From Candidatus Aenigmatarchaeota archaeon (lineage in GTDB: Archaea; Aenigmatarchaeota; Aenigmatarchaeia; Aenigmatarchaeales; Aenigmatarchaeaceae), in NCBI GenBank assembly GCA_011773475.1, contig WVXN01000001.1, forward strand, positions 13,699-62,226: DNA of 48,528 bases, in the 5' to 3' direction. The notes below the pieces were generated by a model. The model was given only the letters and a program-made list of their open reading frames with translations. It was not told the DNA's origin and did no database searches. Positions 16,882 through 26,857 of this stretch are shown here, one piece after another. Position 1 is the first letter of the stretch, and each line of letters starts with the position of its first letter. Position numbers and translations under genes: made by a program.

Positions 16882-17171
16882 TACATCTTCCTCTTTATTT
16901 CAAATTTTTTACTCCTGAATCCTTTTCCTATTGTGTGTTCTTTCTTACATTCTTTACATTTGTATCTCAAATCCAATTTTTTTGTTGGTTTTGATCTTCC
17001 TTTAGGGTTTGTTCTGGGATAACTTCCAAAACCTTTCATTTTTCTTTTAAATATCCTTTGACCATGGGAAAGGAGTCCCCTGACCTTTTTAGCACTAACT
17101 TTTCTTATAGTGTGTTCTGTGTGCTTTTTACAGTACGGACAGTATCTTTTTTGTGTTTTAGGTATGTTCAA
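16881..17171 (-). CDS. rpl44e: 50S ribosomal protein L44e
   Basis: YCPYCKKHTEH, KPTKKLDLRYKCKECKK. Confidence 0.97.
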   Translation of the reverse strand: MNIPKTQKRYCPYCKKHTEHTIRKVSAKKVRGLLSHGQRIFKRKMKGFGSYPRTNPKGRSKPTKKLDLRYKCKECKKEHTIGKGFRSKKFEIKRKM

Positions 17172-17260
17172 TTAATCACCGCATAAAAAATTATTAAAAG
17201 TAATATTAATAAAGATATTCGATAGATAAACTTTTAAAGCTTAATAATTTAATCATTCTT

Positions 17261-17464
17261 ATGGATATTAGAAATTTAGTTGTTGCATTTTTTATTGTAG
17301 TTATAGTTTTGATACTAGTAGGTATAGCGCCTTCAGAGAGCGAGACAGGTTACTTCATTTTACCTTCTGCTACTTTGGAAATAGCTATTCTTTTAATTTT
17401 ATTTTCATTGTTTGTAATAGCTTCTATAGTTTTTTCTAGAAATAAGAGTTTTTATCCTTTCTAA
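17261..17464 (+). CDS. Small 2-TM hypothetical protein
   Basis: Two hydrophobic stretches; fills an intergenic gap. Confidence 0.55.
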   Translation: MDIRNLVVAFFIVVIVLILVGIAPSESETGYFILPSATLEIAILLILFSLFVIASIVFSRNKSFYPF

Positions 17465-18063
17465 TCTAAAATATTTTCTGCTACTTTTCTTGATATTAAT
17501 AGTTTTCCGATTTTTTCTGGAAGGGTTATAAGATCTCCAATTTTCAAAGGACCGTAAGCTTGCATATCACTTCCTACAAATCTGGGAAGATCAGTTAATA
17601 TTTTAACTAATAGTTTTCCGTCTGGTTTAACAACTGTTTTTTCTATTTTCTCTTCTACAGGTTTAATATCTTCTATACTTTTTTTAGCTTCTTCTATTTT
17701 TTCCTCAACAAGATCTTCATAATCTCTAAATTTCTCTTCCATGTCGTTTTTAAAAGATTTCAGAGAATTAACAACTTCATCAAAGAATTTTCTTTCACTA
17801 TCAGTTAAGTTTGACGGTGGTAATTGGCCTCTTACTGTACTCAAAGCAGCTAAAACAATCTTTTTTTGCCTTCTATTTATTATATCTTCTAACAGTTTTT
17901 TTGCATTCTCCACTTCTAACAAAGAAGTAGTATCTTTCTTATTTTCCTTATGTTTAAACCAGTTTCTAACAGACTCAAAAAAGCCTTCTGGAAGTTTTTG
18001 TAATTCTTCTTCTTTTTCTGCTCTGTGTGCATTTCTTATGGTTTCATAGGTTATTAGTTCCAT
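17461..18063 (-). CDS. GINS complex subunit (Gins51/Gins15-like)
   Basis: ITYETIR..EK..ELQKLPEGFF, RRQKKIV, C-terminal B domain LPRFVGSDMQAYGP; synteny with primase and L44e. Confidence 0.85.
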   Translation of the reverse strand: MELITYETIRNAHRAEKEEELQKLPEGFFESVRNWFKHKENKKDTTSLLEVENAKKLLEDIINRRQKKIVLAALSTVRGQLPPSNLTDSERKFFDEVVNSLKSFKNDMEEKFRDYEDLVEEKIEEAKKSIEDIKPVEEKIEKTVVKPDGKLLVKILTDLPRFVGSDMQAYGPLKIGDLITLPEKIGKLLISRKVAENILD

Positions 18064-18175
18064 CTTGAATCACATAATTAATTTAAGTTTTAAAATTTAA
18101 AAAGTAATTTTTCTGAAAAGACTGTAGACAGGTAACTTTAAATATATAAATTAATAACTATTTGGTAGTGATAAT

Positions 18176-18532
18176 ATGGTTTTGAGTTCGTGGCCGGAAA
18201 TAAGAGATTCAGCAAAGAAAAGATTTGCTACCAGAAGTTATGAGTTATTGGATGAAGATTCTCGCTATGGAAGAGAAAATGAAATGCCTGGAGAACTTTT
18301 ACTCAAAAAAGGAAATTCAACTTTTTTGGTTAATATTGTCTATAAATTCAAAGAACATGCAGTAGAAGAAGTAAATGTTAGAACTGCATTTGTAACGGAT
18401 AAAAATTCTTTAAAAGATATTAGCGGTGAAGATAAATTACCGATAGTAGATAAAAAAACAAATGCAACATTAGAAAAGGATGTAAGTGAAGTTTTTGGAA
18501 AAATGATTGCTGAAGAGGGTATTCAATTCTAG
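18176..18532 (+). CDS. Hypothetical protein
   Basis: 118-aa ORF with upstream TATA-like and GTGAT sites. Confidence 0.6.
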   Translation: MVLSSWPEIRDSAKKRFATRSYELLDEDSRYGRENEMPGELLLKKGNSTFLVNIVYKFKEHAVEEVNVRTAFVTDKNSLKDISGEDKLPIVDKKTNATLEKDVSEVFGKMIAEEGIQF

Positions 18533-18539
18533 TGATAAA

Positions 18540-18827
18540 ATGAAAGATATAGATGAAGTAAAAGAAATTTTAAAAGAAATGGGATTTACTATACAAAATC
18601 TTCCCTTACCTGGCTATCCCCAAGGGAAAAAACATCCATGTTATGTTGATTCAGAATCACCATTAAAGGTATATTGTTTTGGAAATGAAGCCCATTTTCA
18701 TGGTCCCAAACATTATATATCAATTGATCATTTTGGTGAGCATAGCGGAACTGGAAATTGGACCAAAGAAGATTTTCAAAAACATGTAGAAGCAATAAGA
18801 GAAAAAGCTAGAAAAACAACAAAATAA
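18540..18827 (+). CDS. Hypothetical His-rich protein
   Basis: GTGAT SD before ATG 18540; HFHGPKH, DHFGEH. Confidence 0.6.
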   Translation: MKDIDEVKEILKEMGFTIQNLPLPGYPQGKKHPCYVDSESPLKVYCFGNEAHFHGPKHYISIDHFGEHSGTGNWTKEDFQKHVEAIREKARKTTK

Positions 18828-18840
18828 ATAGAAATTATAA

Positions 18841-19338
18841 GTGAATAAGATGAAGGCTAAGTTAGTCGCAATTGAAACTTCAAAGGATTATTTAGATATT
18901 GTCAATTTTCATGGATATGAAATTGCCATTTCCTTAAAGCCTAAAAGTGGTGGTCCGCCTACAGGTAAAGTGCCACGATATATAACAATTCTTGGAGCCA
19001 GAGAAAGACCTAAAGTCGAACTTCCTTTTGGACAATGGGAAAAAGAAGGTAGTGAATGGGAAACTATTCAGAGAATGTTAAAAGAAATTCATCCACTCGA
19101 AACATTAAAAAAATTAAAGGGTAATTGGCAAAAAAGAGCCGAAGAAGAAGTTCTTCCGCTTTCATTAAAACTAATTAAAAGAAAGATTGAAGAAAGATAT
19201 GTTATTGCAGAAATTGATTTTGGATGCGAAGCTACAGTTGAAGACGTTTATAGTAAAAAACATGAACTTAGTAAAACAGTTAGAGAAACTCTTGTGAGAG
19301 CTCGAGGAGAGAAGTCAAAATCAGTGGCAGTTATTTAA
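18841..19338 (+). CDS. Hypothetical protein
   Basis: 165-aa ORF co-oriented with the previous two. Confidence 0.6.
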   Translation: MNKMKAKLVAIETSKDYLDIVNFHGYEIAISLKPKSGGPPTGKVPRYITILGARERPKVELPFGQWEKEGSEWETIQRMLKEIHPLETLKKLKGNWQKRAEEEVLPLSLKLIKRKIEERYVIAEIDFGCEATVEDVYSKKHELSKTVRETLVRARGEKSKSVAVI

Positions 19339-19384
19339 ATTGTTGTGATAAGTATACAAAAGTTATTAACTCCATATCATCACT

Positions 19385-20632
19385 TTATTTTCTTAACTTT
19401 TTATTCTTTCTCATAACTTTGAAAGGATAATTTACAGGATTTTTTTGACAGTGCTGGTCAGGTTTACAAACTCCAATTGAAACATAAAACAAATGAGAAC
19501 GACAATTAGCTGGCATCAATTCTCTGCTTTGCCTGAAATGCCACTTTAACTGAGTTTTAATTGTTCTTTCGCTCAAAGGCTGGAAATTCTTCAAGTTCCA
19601 TTCTCTTATTCTTTTTTCAATATCTTCTGGTTTCCAGTTCATTGCTCTTAAATATGTTGCCAATGAAAACAAAGATCTTTTTCTTCCGTCTGACAAGCCT
19701 TTTAATATAAGCTTAACACAAGGAGGAAAATACTCTTCTGGAATAGGAGTTTTAGATTTTCTTCTTATTCTTTTTGGTTTTATAATTTCTTTAGGTTGTT
19801 TAGCTTTCCATTCCAGAGCTTTTATTAGAAGTTCTGTAGCTTCACCTTCCTTATTAACCAAAAACTTAGTATCAGTTTTTAAATTTTCTGGTTTTGCTAT
19901 TTCTTTTTTAAAATTCTTCAAATCATTAAACTTTATTGGCAAAGAAACTAACCAGTATTTTGGATGTAAGGAGTAGGGCATTCTAAACAAATGACGATTA
20001 CCCCAGTTCTTTTCTATATCAACAAACTCATATGGAGACAATTCAGAAACAGATTCAACAGTGTTTACCAAAGAGGCAACTCCACCTTCTGCACTTATTA
20101 ATTCTTCTAGTAAATGCTCTTTTATTTCCTCAGAGATATAATCTGCTAGTATCTGGGGTATTTCAGGATACCTTTTCTTGGTTTCTCTAAAATCAATTTT
20201 TTCAGGAAATGCATTACTTGATATACCTAGATGAAAGCCTCTTGAACCTGAAAATTTAATAGTTGATTCTATTCCTAAATCTTTTAAAAAATTATAAACA
20301 ACTCTAGCTGCAGCAACTGCATGTTCTAGCTTTACCTTAGCATCAATATCAATTAAGAAATCAAAACTTTTTCTTAAATTATTTATTTCTTCTTGTCTCA
20401 GATTCACTGACAACTGCATTGGCTGGGACCATTTTTCCACAGAGCAGTGAAATGACATAACACCATTTTTCACTTTTTCTTCTATGTCCTTAGGATACAA
20501 AAGAACATCAGGTCTTTTCAAGTAAGAACCATCCTCAAGAGAGCCAACAACCTCCCTATCTCTAGCTGCAGACAATATTTCTTTTTGTACAATGGGGTTA
20601 GAATAGTATTTTAGAATTTTAAAATAATGCAT
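19385..20632 (-). CDS. Fused DNA primase (PriS catalytic domain plus PriL C-terminal domain)
   Basis: FLIDID, KFSGSRGFH, RHLFRMPYSLH; then FPPCV..IL.GLSDGRKRSLF, PANC, C..DQHC..KNPVNY. Confidence 0.88.
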   Translation of the reverse strand: MHYFKILKYYSNPIVQKEILSAARDREVVGSLEDGSYLKRPDVLLYPKDIEEKVKNGVMSFHCSVEKWSQPMQLSVNLRQEEINNLRKSFDFLIDIDAKVKLEHAVAAARVVYNFLKDLGIESTIKFSGSRGFHLGISSNAFPEKIDFRETKKRYPEIPQILADYISEEIKEHLLEELISAEGGVASLVNTVESVSELSPYEFVDIEKNWGNRHLFRMPYSLHPKYWLVSLPIKFNDLKNFKKEIAKPENLKTDTKFLVNKEGEATELLIKALEWKAKQPKEIIKPKRIRRKSKTPIPEEYFPPCVKLILKGLSDGRKRSLFSLATYLRAMNWKPEDIEKRIREWNLKNFQPLSERTIKTQLKWHFRQSRELMPANCRSHLFYVSIGVCKPDQHCQKNPVNYPFKVMRKNKKLRK

Positions 20633-20683
20633 AAAAACTTATAAGCTTTAGAAATATAAAAACTTAAATATTCAAGTGATTAA

Positions 20684-21619
20684 ATGGACGATTTACTTAA
20701 AAATAAAGTAAAGGATATGAATTTAGAGAAGATTAGTTTTTCTGATCTGATCAATCAAATGGATTCTTCAGGTGGATTTTCAGCTAAAAATCTAGCTAAA
20801 GCAGTATCTATTCTGGAAGACATGATTAAGGAAAAAGCTTGTAAAAGGTTTTTCTCGTTTCCAGCATGCATAATTGCAACAGGCTTGAGAGGAGCTATTG
20901 CTCAAGCAATCGAAAGAGGCTTATTCGATGTTATAATAACTACTTGTGGAACTTTAGATCATGATTTGGCAAGAGCTTATGGTGGAGATTATTTTCATGG
21001 CTCTTTTGAATTGGATGATGCTGAATTACGTAAAACAGGAGTAAACAGACTAGGAAATGTTCTTGTTCCTAATGAGAGTTATGGAAAAATACTAGAAGAA
21101 AAAATGAATCCAATCCTTGAAAAATTGATAAAAATCAAAAAAGAATGGTCTGGAAGAGAACTAATACATGAATTCGGTAAAAAATTGGATGATAAGAATT
21201 CTATTCTATTTCAAGCTTCTAAAAAGAATATTCCAATCTACATTCCTGGGATAACAGATGGAGCATTCGGAACCAATTTAGTATGGTTCTCCCAAGACCA
21301 TGATTTTAAAATTGATCTTTTAAAAGATGAAAAAGAGATATCAGACATTGTTTTTACTAATAAAAGAACAGGAGCTTTAATGATTGGTGGAGGAATTTCC
21401 AAACATCATACTATATGGTGGAACCAATTCAAAGGTGGTTTGGACTATGCTGTTTTCATAACAACAGCAACACAATATGATGGAAGCCTTTCAGGAGCAA
21501 GACTCAAAGAAGCTGTTTCTTGGGGAAAAATAAAAGAAAAAGCAAAATATGTTACTGTTGATGGAGATGCTACTATAATATTACCTATAATATTGGCCGC
21601 TATTTACGAAAAATTATAA
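20684..21619 (+). CDS. dys: Deoxyhypusine synthase
   Basis: GVNRLGNV, PGITDG, IGGGISKHH, DGSLSGA..KEAVSWGK. Confidence 0.95.
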   Translation: MDDLLKNKVKDMNLEKISFSDLINQMDSSGGFSAKNLAKAVSILEDMIKEKACKRFFSFPACIIATGLRGAIAQAIERGLFDVIITTCGTLDHDLARAYGGDYFHGSFELDDAELRKTGVNRLGNVLVPNESYGKILEEKMNPILEKLIKIKKEWSGRELIHEFGKKLDDKNSILFQASKKNIPIYIPGITDGAFGTNLVWFSQDHDFKIDLLKDEKEISDIVFTNKRTGALMIGGGISKHHTIWWNQFKGGLDYAVFITTATQYDGSLSGARLKEAVSWGKIKEKAKYVTVDGDATIILPIILAAIYEKL

Positions 21620-22384
21620 TTACTCGCTTTCTGCCACTCTAGGCGCTAAAATCATACTTAAGAAGGTATTATCATTTTCAAAAACTAGTCTTAATGGAAA
21701 GTCTTTTCCAAGCATCATTTTTACTTTATCGGAAATTCTCGAACCTTTTATCATTTTCTTTAGATAATCCAAGGAATACCTTGCACTAACTATTTCTTTG
21801 GCATTCAAATCAGTCAAAATATCAGTTCCCTTGAATAATTTTAATTCACTCTTGCTGCTATTGCCCTCTGCATACATTCTTAACTTATCAGGTGATAACT
21901 CGACTATAACTGAATCAGCAATTATGTCAGCATCATTTATTCCTTGTTCTAAAATATTAGAGCTAATCTCTGCATCTGCACTGAATTTCTTTAATAATTG
22001 ATCTATGTCTGGAGCCTCTCTTTTTGAGATCTGTAACAACGGTATTGCAAATCTTCTAACAGAGTTGCCTTCTAAAAGAATTTCCAGTTTATTTTCCTTT
22101 TCATCCAAACTAAGAGTTAATTTATCATCCACATTAGCTCTTTTAAGAACTGTTAAAAAATTTAATAGATTTATACCAACATTAACATCCTCATCACAAA
22201 CATAATTTTCAAAAGCAGATGATTTTAGCTTAAAATCTACAAAAGATACCATTGTTCTGTCAGCTGCTATTAGTTCTATGCCTTTTTTTCTAAAATTAAA
22301 TAAGGCATCATCTATTAATTGGGAAATTATGTCTATGCTATCTTTTAGTAATTTTGGGTCCTTTGTAACAGCTTTAAACATCAT
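21620..22384 (-). CDS. pcn: PCNA sliding clamp
   Basis: AADRTMVSFVDF, YSLDYLKKM, DFPLRL, LAPRV. Confidence 0.95.
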   Translation of the reverse strand: MMFKAVTKDPKLLKDSIDIISQLIDDALFNFRKKGIELIAADRTMVSFVDFKLKSSAFENYVCDEDVNVGINLLNFLTVLKRANVDDKLTLSLDEKENKLEILLEGNSVRRFAIPLLQISKREAPDIDQLLKKFSADAEISSNILEQGINDADIIADSVIVELSPDKLRMYAEGNSSKSELKLFKGTDILTDLNAKEIVSARYSLDYLKKMIKGSRISDKVKMMLGKDFPLRLVFENDNTFLSMILAPRVAESE

Positions 22385-22400
22385 ATCACCTCTTTTTTTA

Positions 22401-22679
22401 TTAAATATGACTCCTATGATTTCTTGTTTTATTTTTTTCTATTATTTTTTGAATAATTTTTTCGCTACTCACGCCAAGCATTTCACATAAACCTAAACAA
22501 TAAATCATTATATCTCCTACAGCATCAACCATTTTTTCTTTTTTCTTGTCTCTAAAAGCTCTTGAAAGTTCTCCTAATTCTTCTGTTATTAATACTATTT
22601 CTTTTCCTATATCTGTCACATTAAATCCCTTATTTAGTTTGTTTTGATAAATTTCTTTTTGTGTTCTTTGTAAATCCAT
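22401..22679 (-). CDS. MazG-like nucleotide pyrophosphohydrolase
   Basis: ITEELGELSRA...DAVGDIMIY. Confidence 0.8.
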   Translation of the reverse strand: MDLQRTQKEIYQNKLNKGFNVTDIGKEIVLITEELGELSRAFRDKKKEKMVDAVGDIMIYCLGLCEMLGVSSEKIIQKIIEKNKTRNHRSHI

Positions 22680-22688
22680 TTAATTACC

Positions 22689-23018
22689 TCAAAAATTTTT
22701 AATAATTTTTCTTGCTTTTTTATATAAATCTAAATCAAACCCATCTAAAACTTGTATTGCCTCGCCTCTACACTCAAAACCATCTATTAAAGGTAAGATT
22801 CTAGTTATTATTCTTACTAGTTGTCCATTTGTAATGTTTTGTTCTTCACCAAAATATACTTCTGTTTTTCCTGTGCCATCATCAATAATAATAGAATTGG
22901 GAGTTGTATCAATTACAGTTCCCATTAATCTAACTCTAACATCAGTTTCAGGCTGAATGTCTACAATGCTTTTTTCTTTAGAAGGTAGTCTTCTTTTTAT
23001 CAGTCTTTCCTGAGCCAT
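22689..23018 (-). CDS. OB-fold protein, small RPA subunit-like
   Basis: RRLPS, VRLMGTVID, IIDDGTG, DLDLYKK. Confidence 0.75.
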   Translation of the reverse strand: MAQERLIKRRLPSKEKSIVDIQPETDVRVRLMGTVIDTTPNSIIIDDGTGKTEVYFGEEQNITNGQLVRIITRILPLIDGFECRGEAIQVLDGFDLDLYKKARKIIKNF

Positions 23019-23125
23019 ACAAGAGTTATAGAAATATAATTATTTATATATGATTGACTCTTGATAAGAAAAACAAGAAATCTAAGAATCAAAGAATTTA
23101 TATGTGACTTTTGATTATTAATAAT

Positions 23126-23938
23126 ATGGTTTTAGAATCGATTTTTCCTGTTAAAAAAATAATAAAAAACCCGTTTGACATGTTTATATTAGCTGCTATA
23201 ATTTCTTTTGCATCAATGTATATAGCAAACATGATATTTCCTGGAGAGGCAACAGGAAAAATAATAACTTTATTCATTACAGTTGCCCTAACACCAGCAA
23301 TATATGGTGTTTTTAAAGAAGAGGAGGAGGTAGAGAGAGAAGAGGCTGAACATAAAATACATAAAGATTTTTTTGACAGACATGATGAGGCAATGAAAAT
23401 TTTCACATTATTATTTTTAGGAGTTTTTGCAGCCATATTTTTGACAGCAATATTGTCTTCTGAAAAAGAAGTTCATTTATTGTTCGAAGATCAGATAACA
23501 GAAATAGAAAGAATTACCTCTATTTCTTCAGGAAAGACTTTAGGAGGAGCACTATCTCCTGAAGTATTAGAAATGATATTGTGGAACAATCTGAGGGTTA
23601 TGGGCTTGTCATTTGTTTTATCGTTTTTATTTGGATCTGGTGCTATTATTATTTTAGCTTGGAACGCTTCTATTTTAGCAATATATTTAGCTTCTTTTAT
23701 TAGAAAAGGTTTAATAGAAGAATTCATGGTTAGAACAATAAGCATAATTCCTCATGCACCAATTGAAATTTTTGGTTATTTCTTAGCAGGAATAGCTGGT
23801 GGTGTTTTATCTGTAGGACTAATAAGAGAGAGGTTCTGGAGCAAAGAATTTCTATTAGTTTTCAGAGATTCATTATTATTGTTATTTTTGGCTGTTTTCT
23901 CTATTTATATAGGAGCATTTATTGAAGTATTTCTTTAA
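23126..23938 (+). CDS. SpoIIM-family membrane protein
   Basis: ILWNNLRV, IILAWNAS, PHAPIEI, GAFIEV. Confidence 0.85.
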   Translation: MVLESIFPVKKIIKNPFDMFILAAIISFASMYIANMIFPGEATGKIITLFITVALTPAIYGVFKEEEEVEREEAEHKIHKDFFDRHDEAMKIFTLLFLGVFAAIFLTAILSSEKEVHLLFEDQITEIERITSISSGKTLGGALSPEVLEMILWNNLRVMGLSFVLSFLFGSGAIIILAWNASILAIYLASFIRKGLIEEFMVRTISIIPHAPIEIFGYFLAGIAGGVLSVGLIRERFWSKEFLLVFRDSLLLLFLAVFSIYIGAFIEVFL

Positions 23939-23962
23939 AACTTAAAATAAATATTATTCTTA

Positions 23963-24037
23963 GGGCCTGTAGTATAGCTTGGTTTAGTATTCCAGCTTCG
24001 GGAGTTGGCGACCCAGGTTCAAATCCTGGCGGGCCCA
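23963..24037 (+). tRNA. tRNA-Pro(CGG)
   Basis: GGGCCTG/CGGGCCC+A; CCAGC-TT-CGG-GA-GTTGG; GGTTCAAATCC. Confidence 0.96.
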
Positions 24038-24073
24038 TTTAACTTTAAATATTTTAGATGGGAATAAGATTAC

Positions 24074-24766
24074 ATGAAAGTGAAACTTCTTCGCTATACT
24101 CCTAATCCAGAAATAACATGCGCTTTAGCAGCCCAAACGTCTTATAGCACAAAATATTATGATGAAAGAAAAGAAAAAATGACTTTAGAAAAAGCTAGAA
24201 AAACTCTAAGAAAAGTAATTGGATATGGTCATGTATCTGTAATAGAGCATGCTTCCTTTACATTTGCTCTAGAAGATGTGAGCCGTGTTTTAGAGATTCA
24301 ATTGGTTAGACACAGATTAGCTTCTTACACAATAAAATCAGGAAGATATAATAAAGCCCATTGTGATATTGTAATACCTCCTAAAATTGCTAAAAATGAA
24401 AAAGCACTTAAAAAACTCAATGAATTTGTTGAACAGAACACGAAAATAATTCAGGATCTTTTAGATATGGGTATACCATTTGAAGATGTTAGAATGCTTT
24501 CTCCTCAGGGAATCAAGACAAATATTATTGTAACAATGAATGCTAGAGAACTATTACATTTTTTCAATTTAAGGTGCTGTGCTAGGGCTCAATGGGAATT
24601 AAGAGTAGTTGCTGACGAAATGCTTAAACAAGTTAAAAGAGTTGCTCCTGTGATATTTGAAAAAGCAGGCCCTTCCTGTATAGCTTTAGGATATTGTCCG
24701 GAAGGTGAATTAAAACCAGAAACCTGTAATCTAATTGAAATAAAGATGAAATTCTCATCAATGTGA
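24074..24766 (+). CDS. thyX: Flavin-dependent thymidylate synthase
   Basis: GHVSVIEHASFTF, RHRLASYTIKSGRY, MNARELLHF, RAQWELR. Confidence 0.95.
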   Translation: MKVKLLRYTPNPEITCALAAQTSYSTKYYDERKEKMTLEKARKTLRKVIGYGHVSVIEHASFTFALEDVSRVLEIQLVRHRLASYTIKSGRYNKAHCDIVIPPKIAKNEKALKKLNEFVEQNTKIIQDLLDMGIPFEDVRMLSPQGIKTNIIVTMNARELLHFFNLRCCARAQWELRVVADEMLKQVKRVAPVIFEKAGPSCIALGYCPEGELKPETCNLIEIKMKFSSM

Positions 24767-24770
24767 TTTA

Positions 24771-24926
24771 ATGGGTATAAAAGGTCTAATAAGAGATAGT
24801 ATTATGACTTATGTAGGAATTCAACTACTTGTAGGAGGATCAGATAATTTCTCATTAGCAATGATATTAATAATTACAGCCATAATATTTACAATAATAG
24901 GTTTTTTGAGAATGAGGTACGGTTAA
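24771..24926 (+). CDS. Small membrane protein (51 aa, missing from ORF track)
   Basis: MGIKGLIRDSIMTYVGIQLLVGGSDNFSLAMILIITAIIFTIIGFLRMRYG fills the thyX-glyA gap. Confidence 0.6.
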   Translation: MGIKGLIRDSIMTYVGIQLLVGGSDNFSLAMILIITAIIFTIIGFLRMRYG

Positions 24927-26174
24927 ATGTTAGATGAAGTAATTAAAATCGTTGAAAATCACCATAAGTGGAGAAGGAAAGAATGTATAAATCTAATTGC
25001 TTCAGAGAGTGTTATGTCTCCTTTAGCAGAAAAATTATTTGTTTCTGATTTTGAAGGAAGATATAATGAACATACATCAGGAAATTGTCATTATAAAGGA
25101 ACCAAACATTCTTATGAAATAGAAGACCTTTGTAATAATATTTTTAGAAAAAAATTTAACACAAGATTTGCTGATACAAGACCTCTTTCTGGAGGAATAG
25201 CAAATCTGACTGTTTATGCAGCATTCACAAAACCAGGAGACATTTTAGTTAGTCCTGGAATACCAAATGGAGCTCATATAAGTCATACTAGATGGGGATT
25301 GGCAGGAGTAAGGGGATTGAAGAATGTTGATATGTTTTTTGACAAAGAAAAAATGAATATTGATGTAGAAAAAACAATTGAAATTATTAAAAGGGTTAAT
25401 CCAAAAATAGTCATGTTTGGAGCTTCAATGTTTCTGTTTCCACATCCAATAAGAGAAATAAGAGAATCGATAGATGAAAACATAAAAATTATTTATGATT
25501 CTGCCCATGTTTTCGGCCTTGTTTATAATGAAAAATTTCAAAAACCCTTTAAAGAAGGTGCAGACATAATAACTTCCTCAACTCACAAAACATTTCAGGG
25601 ACCTCAGGGCGGAATTGTAATAGGAAATAATAATCTGGATGAAAAAGACTGGGAAAAAATAGAAACTGCTTTATTTCCTAAAGTTATGTCAAATACACAT
25701 ATTCACAGATTTCCTGCTCTGTCTGTTACTGCTTTGGAAATGAACGAATTTGGAGAAGAATATTCAAAACAAGTTATGAGAAATGCAAAAGCTTTAGCTA
25801 GAGCGTTAACAGATCAAGGTTTCGAGGTTTTATGTCCTGATTTAGGCTTTACAGAATCCCATCAAGTTATAGTAAATGTGAAGGAATTTGGTGGAGGAAA
25901 AATTGTTGCTAACACTCTTGAGAACTGTAACATAATTTGCAATAAAATGGCATTACCTACAGACTCTCCCCATGATGCATTAAAGAATCCTTCAGGAATA
26001 AGATTGGGGGTTCAGGAAATGACAAGATTCGGAATGAAAGAAAATGAAATGAAATTAATTTCATCCTTTTTCAGAGATGTATTAATTGATGAAAAGGATG
26101 TTGAAAAAATCAAGGAAGAAGTTACTGGTTTAAGAAAACAATTCCCGCAAATAAAGTTTTGTTTTAAGGTCTGA
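24927..26174 (+). CDS. glyA: Serine hydroxymethyltransferase
   Basis: LIASES, GAHISH, DSAHV, STHKTFQGPQGG, SGIRLG. Confidence 0.95.
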   Translation: MLDEVIKIVENHHKWRRKECINLIASESVMSPLAEKLFVSDFEGRYNEHTSGNCHYKGTKHSYEIEDLCNNIFRKKFNTRFADTRPLSGGIANLTVYAAFTKPGDILVSPGIPNGAHISHTRWGLAGVRGLKNVDMFFDKEKMNIDVEKTIEIIKRVNPKIVMFGASMFLFPHPIREIRESIDENIKIIYDSAHVFGLVYNEKFQKPFKEGADIITSSTHKTFQGPQGGIVIGNNNLDEKDWEKIETALFPKVMSNTHIHRFPALSVTALEMNEFGEEYSKQVMRNAKALARALTDQGFEVLCPDLGFTESHQVIVNVKEFGGGKIVANTLENCNIICNKMALPTDSPHDALKNPSGIRLGVQEMTRFGMKENEMKLISSFFRDVLIDEKDVEKIKEEVTGLRKQFPQIKFCFKV

Positions 26175-26176
26175 GA

Positions 26177-26857
26177 ATGAAAGGAAAATTCATATTGTTT
26201 GAAGGTATTGATTCCTCTGGTAAAAAAACTCAAGCCAATCTTCTTGCTGAAAGATTAAGAAAAATTGGCAAGAAAGTTGAAATAATTCGTTTTCCTACTT
26301 ATAAAAAAACTCCCTTAGGTATACTTGTAGCCAAATATCTGAAAGGAGATTTTGGTTCAAAAGAGGAAATAACACCTGAAATAGGCTCTTTATTTTATTC
26401 TTTAGATAGGCATCAATTTCAAAAAGAAATTAAAGAAAAATTAGAAGCTGGAATAAATGTTATAGCTGACAGATACACTGCTTCTAACATATTTCAGGCA
26501 GCCAAACTTGAAGGTGAAAAAAGATTTGAAATATGGGAATGGATAAAAGATATTGACAGAAGATTACCTCAACCAGATGCAACAATAGTATTGAATGTTC
26601 CTACCAAAATCTCAAAAAAATTATCTCTTGAAAAAGAACAAAAAAATGTTCTTATGAGAAAAGGGGAGATAGACATTCATGAAGCAGATGAAAACTATCA
26701 GGAAAAGGTTAGAAGAACATATTTGGACATAGCTGAAAAAGAAAACTGGATAGTAATAAATTGTTGCAAAGAAAAAGAAGAAGAATTTGAATTCATAACA
26801 CCTGAGAAGATTCATGATAAAATCTTTGAAGAATTAAAAGGATTAGATATTTTCTAA
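26177..26857 (+). CDS. tmk: Thymidylate kinase
   Basis: FEGIDSSGKKTQ, RFP, ADRY. Confidence 0.93.
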   Translation: MKGKFILFEGIDSSGKKTQANLLAERLRKIGKKVEIIRFPTYKKTPLGILVAKYLKGDFGSKEEITPEIGSLFYSLDRHQFQKEIKEKLEAGINVIADRYTASNIFQAAKLEGEKRFEIWEWIKDIDRRLPQPDATIVLNVPTKISKKLSLEKEQKNVLMRKGEIDIHEADENYQEKVRRTYLDIAEKENWIVINCCKEKEEEFEFITPEKIHDKIFEELKGLDIF

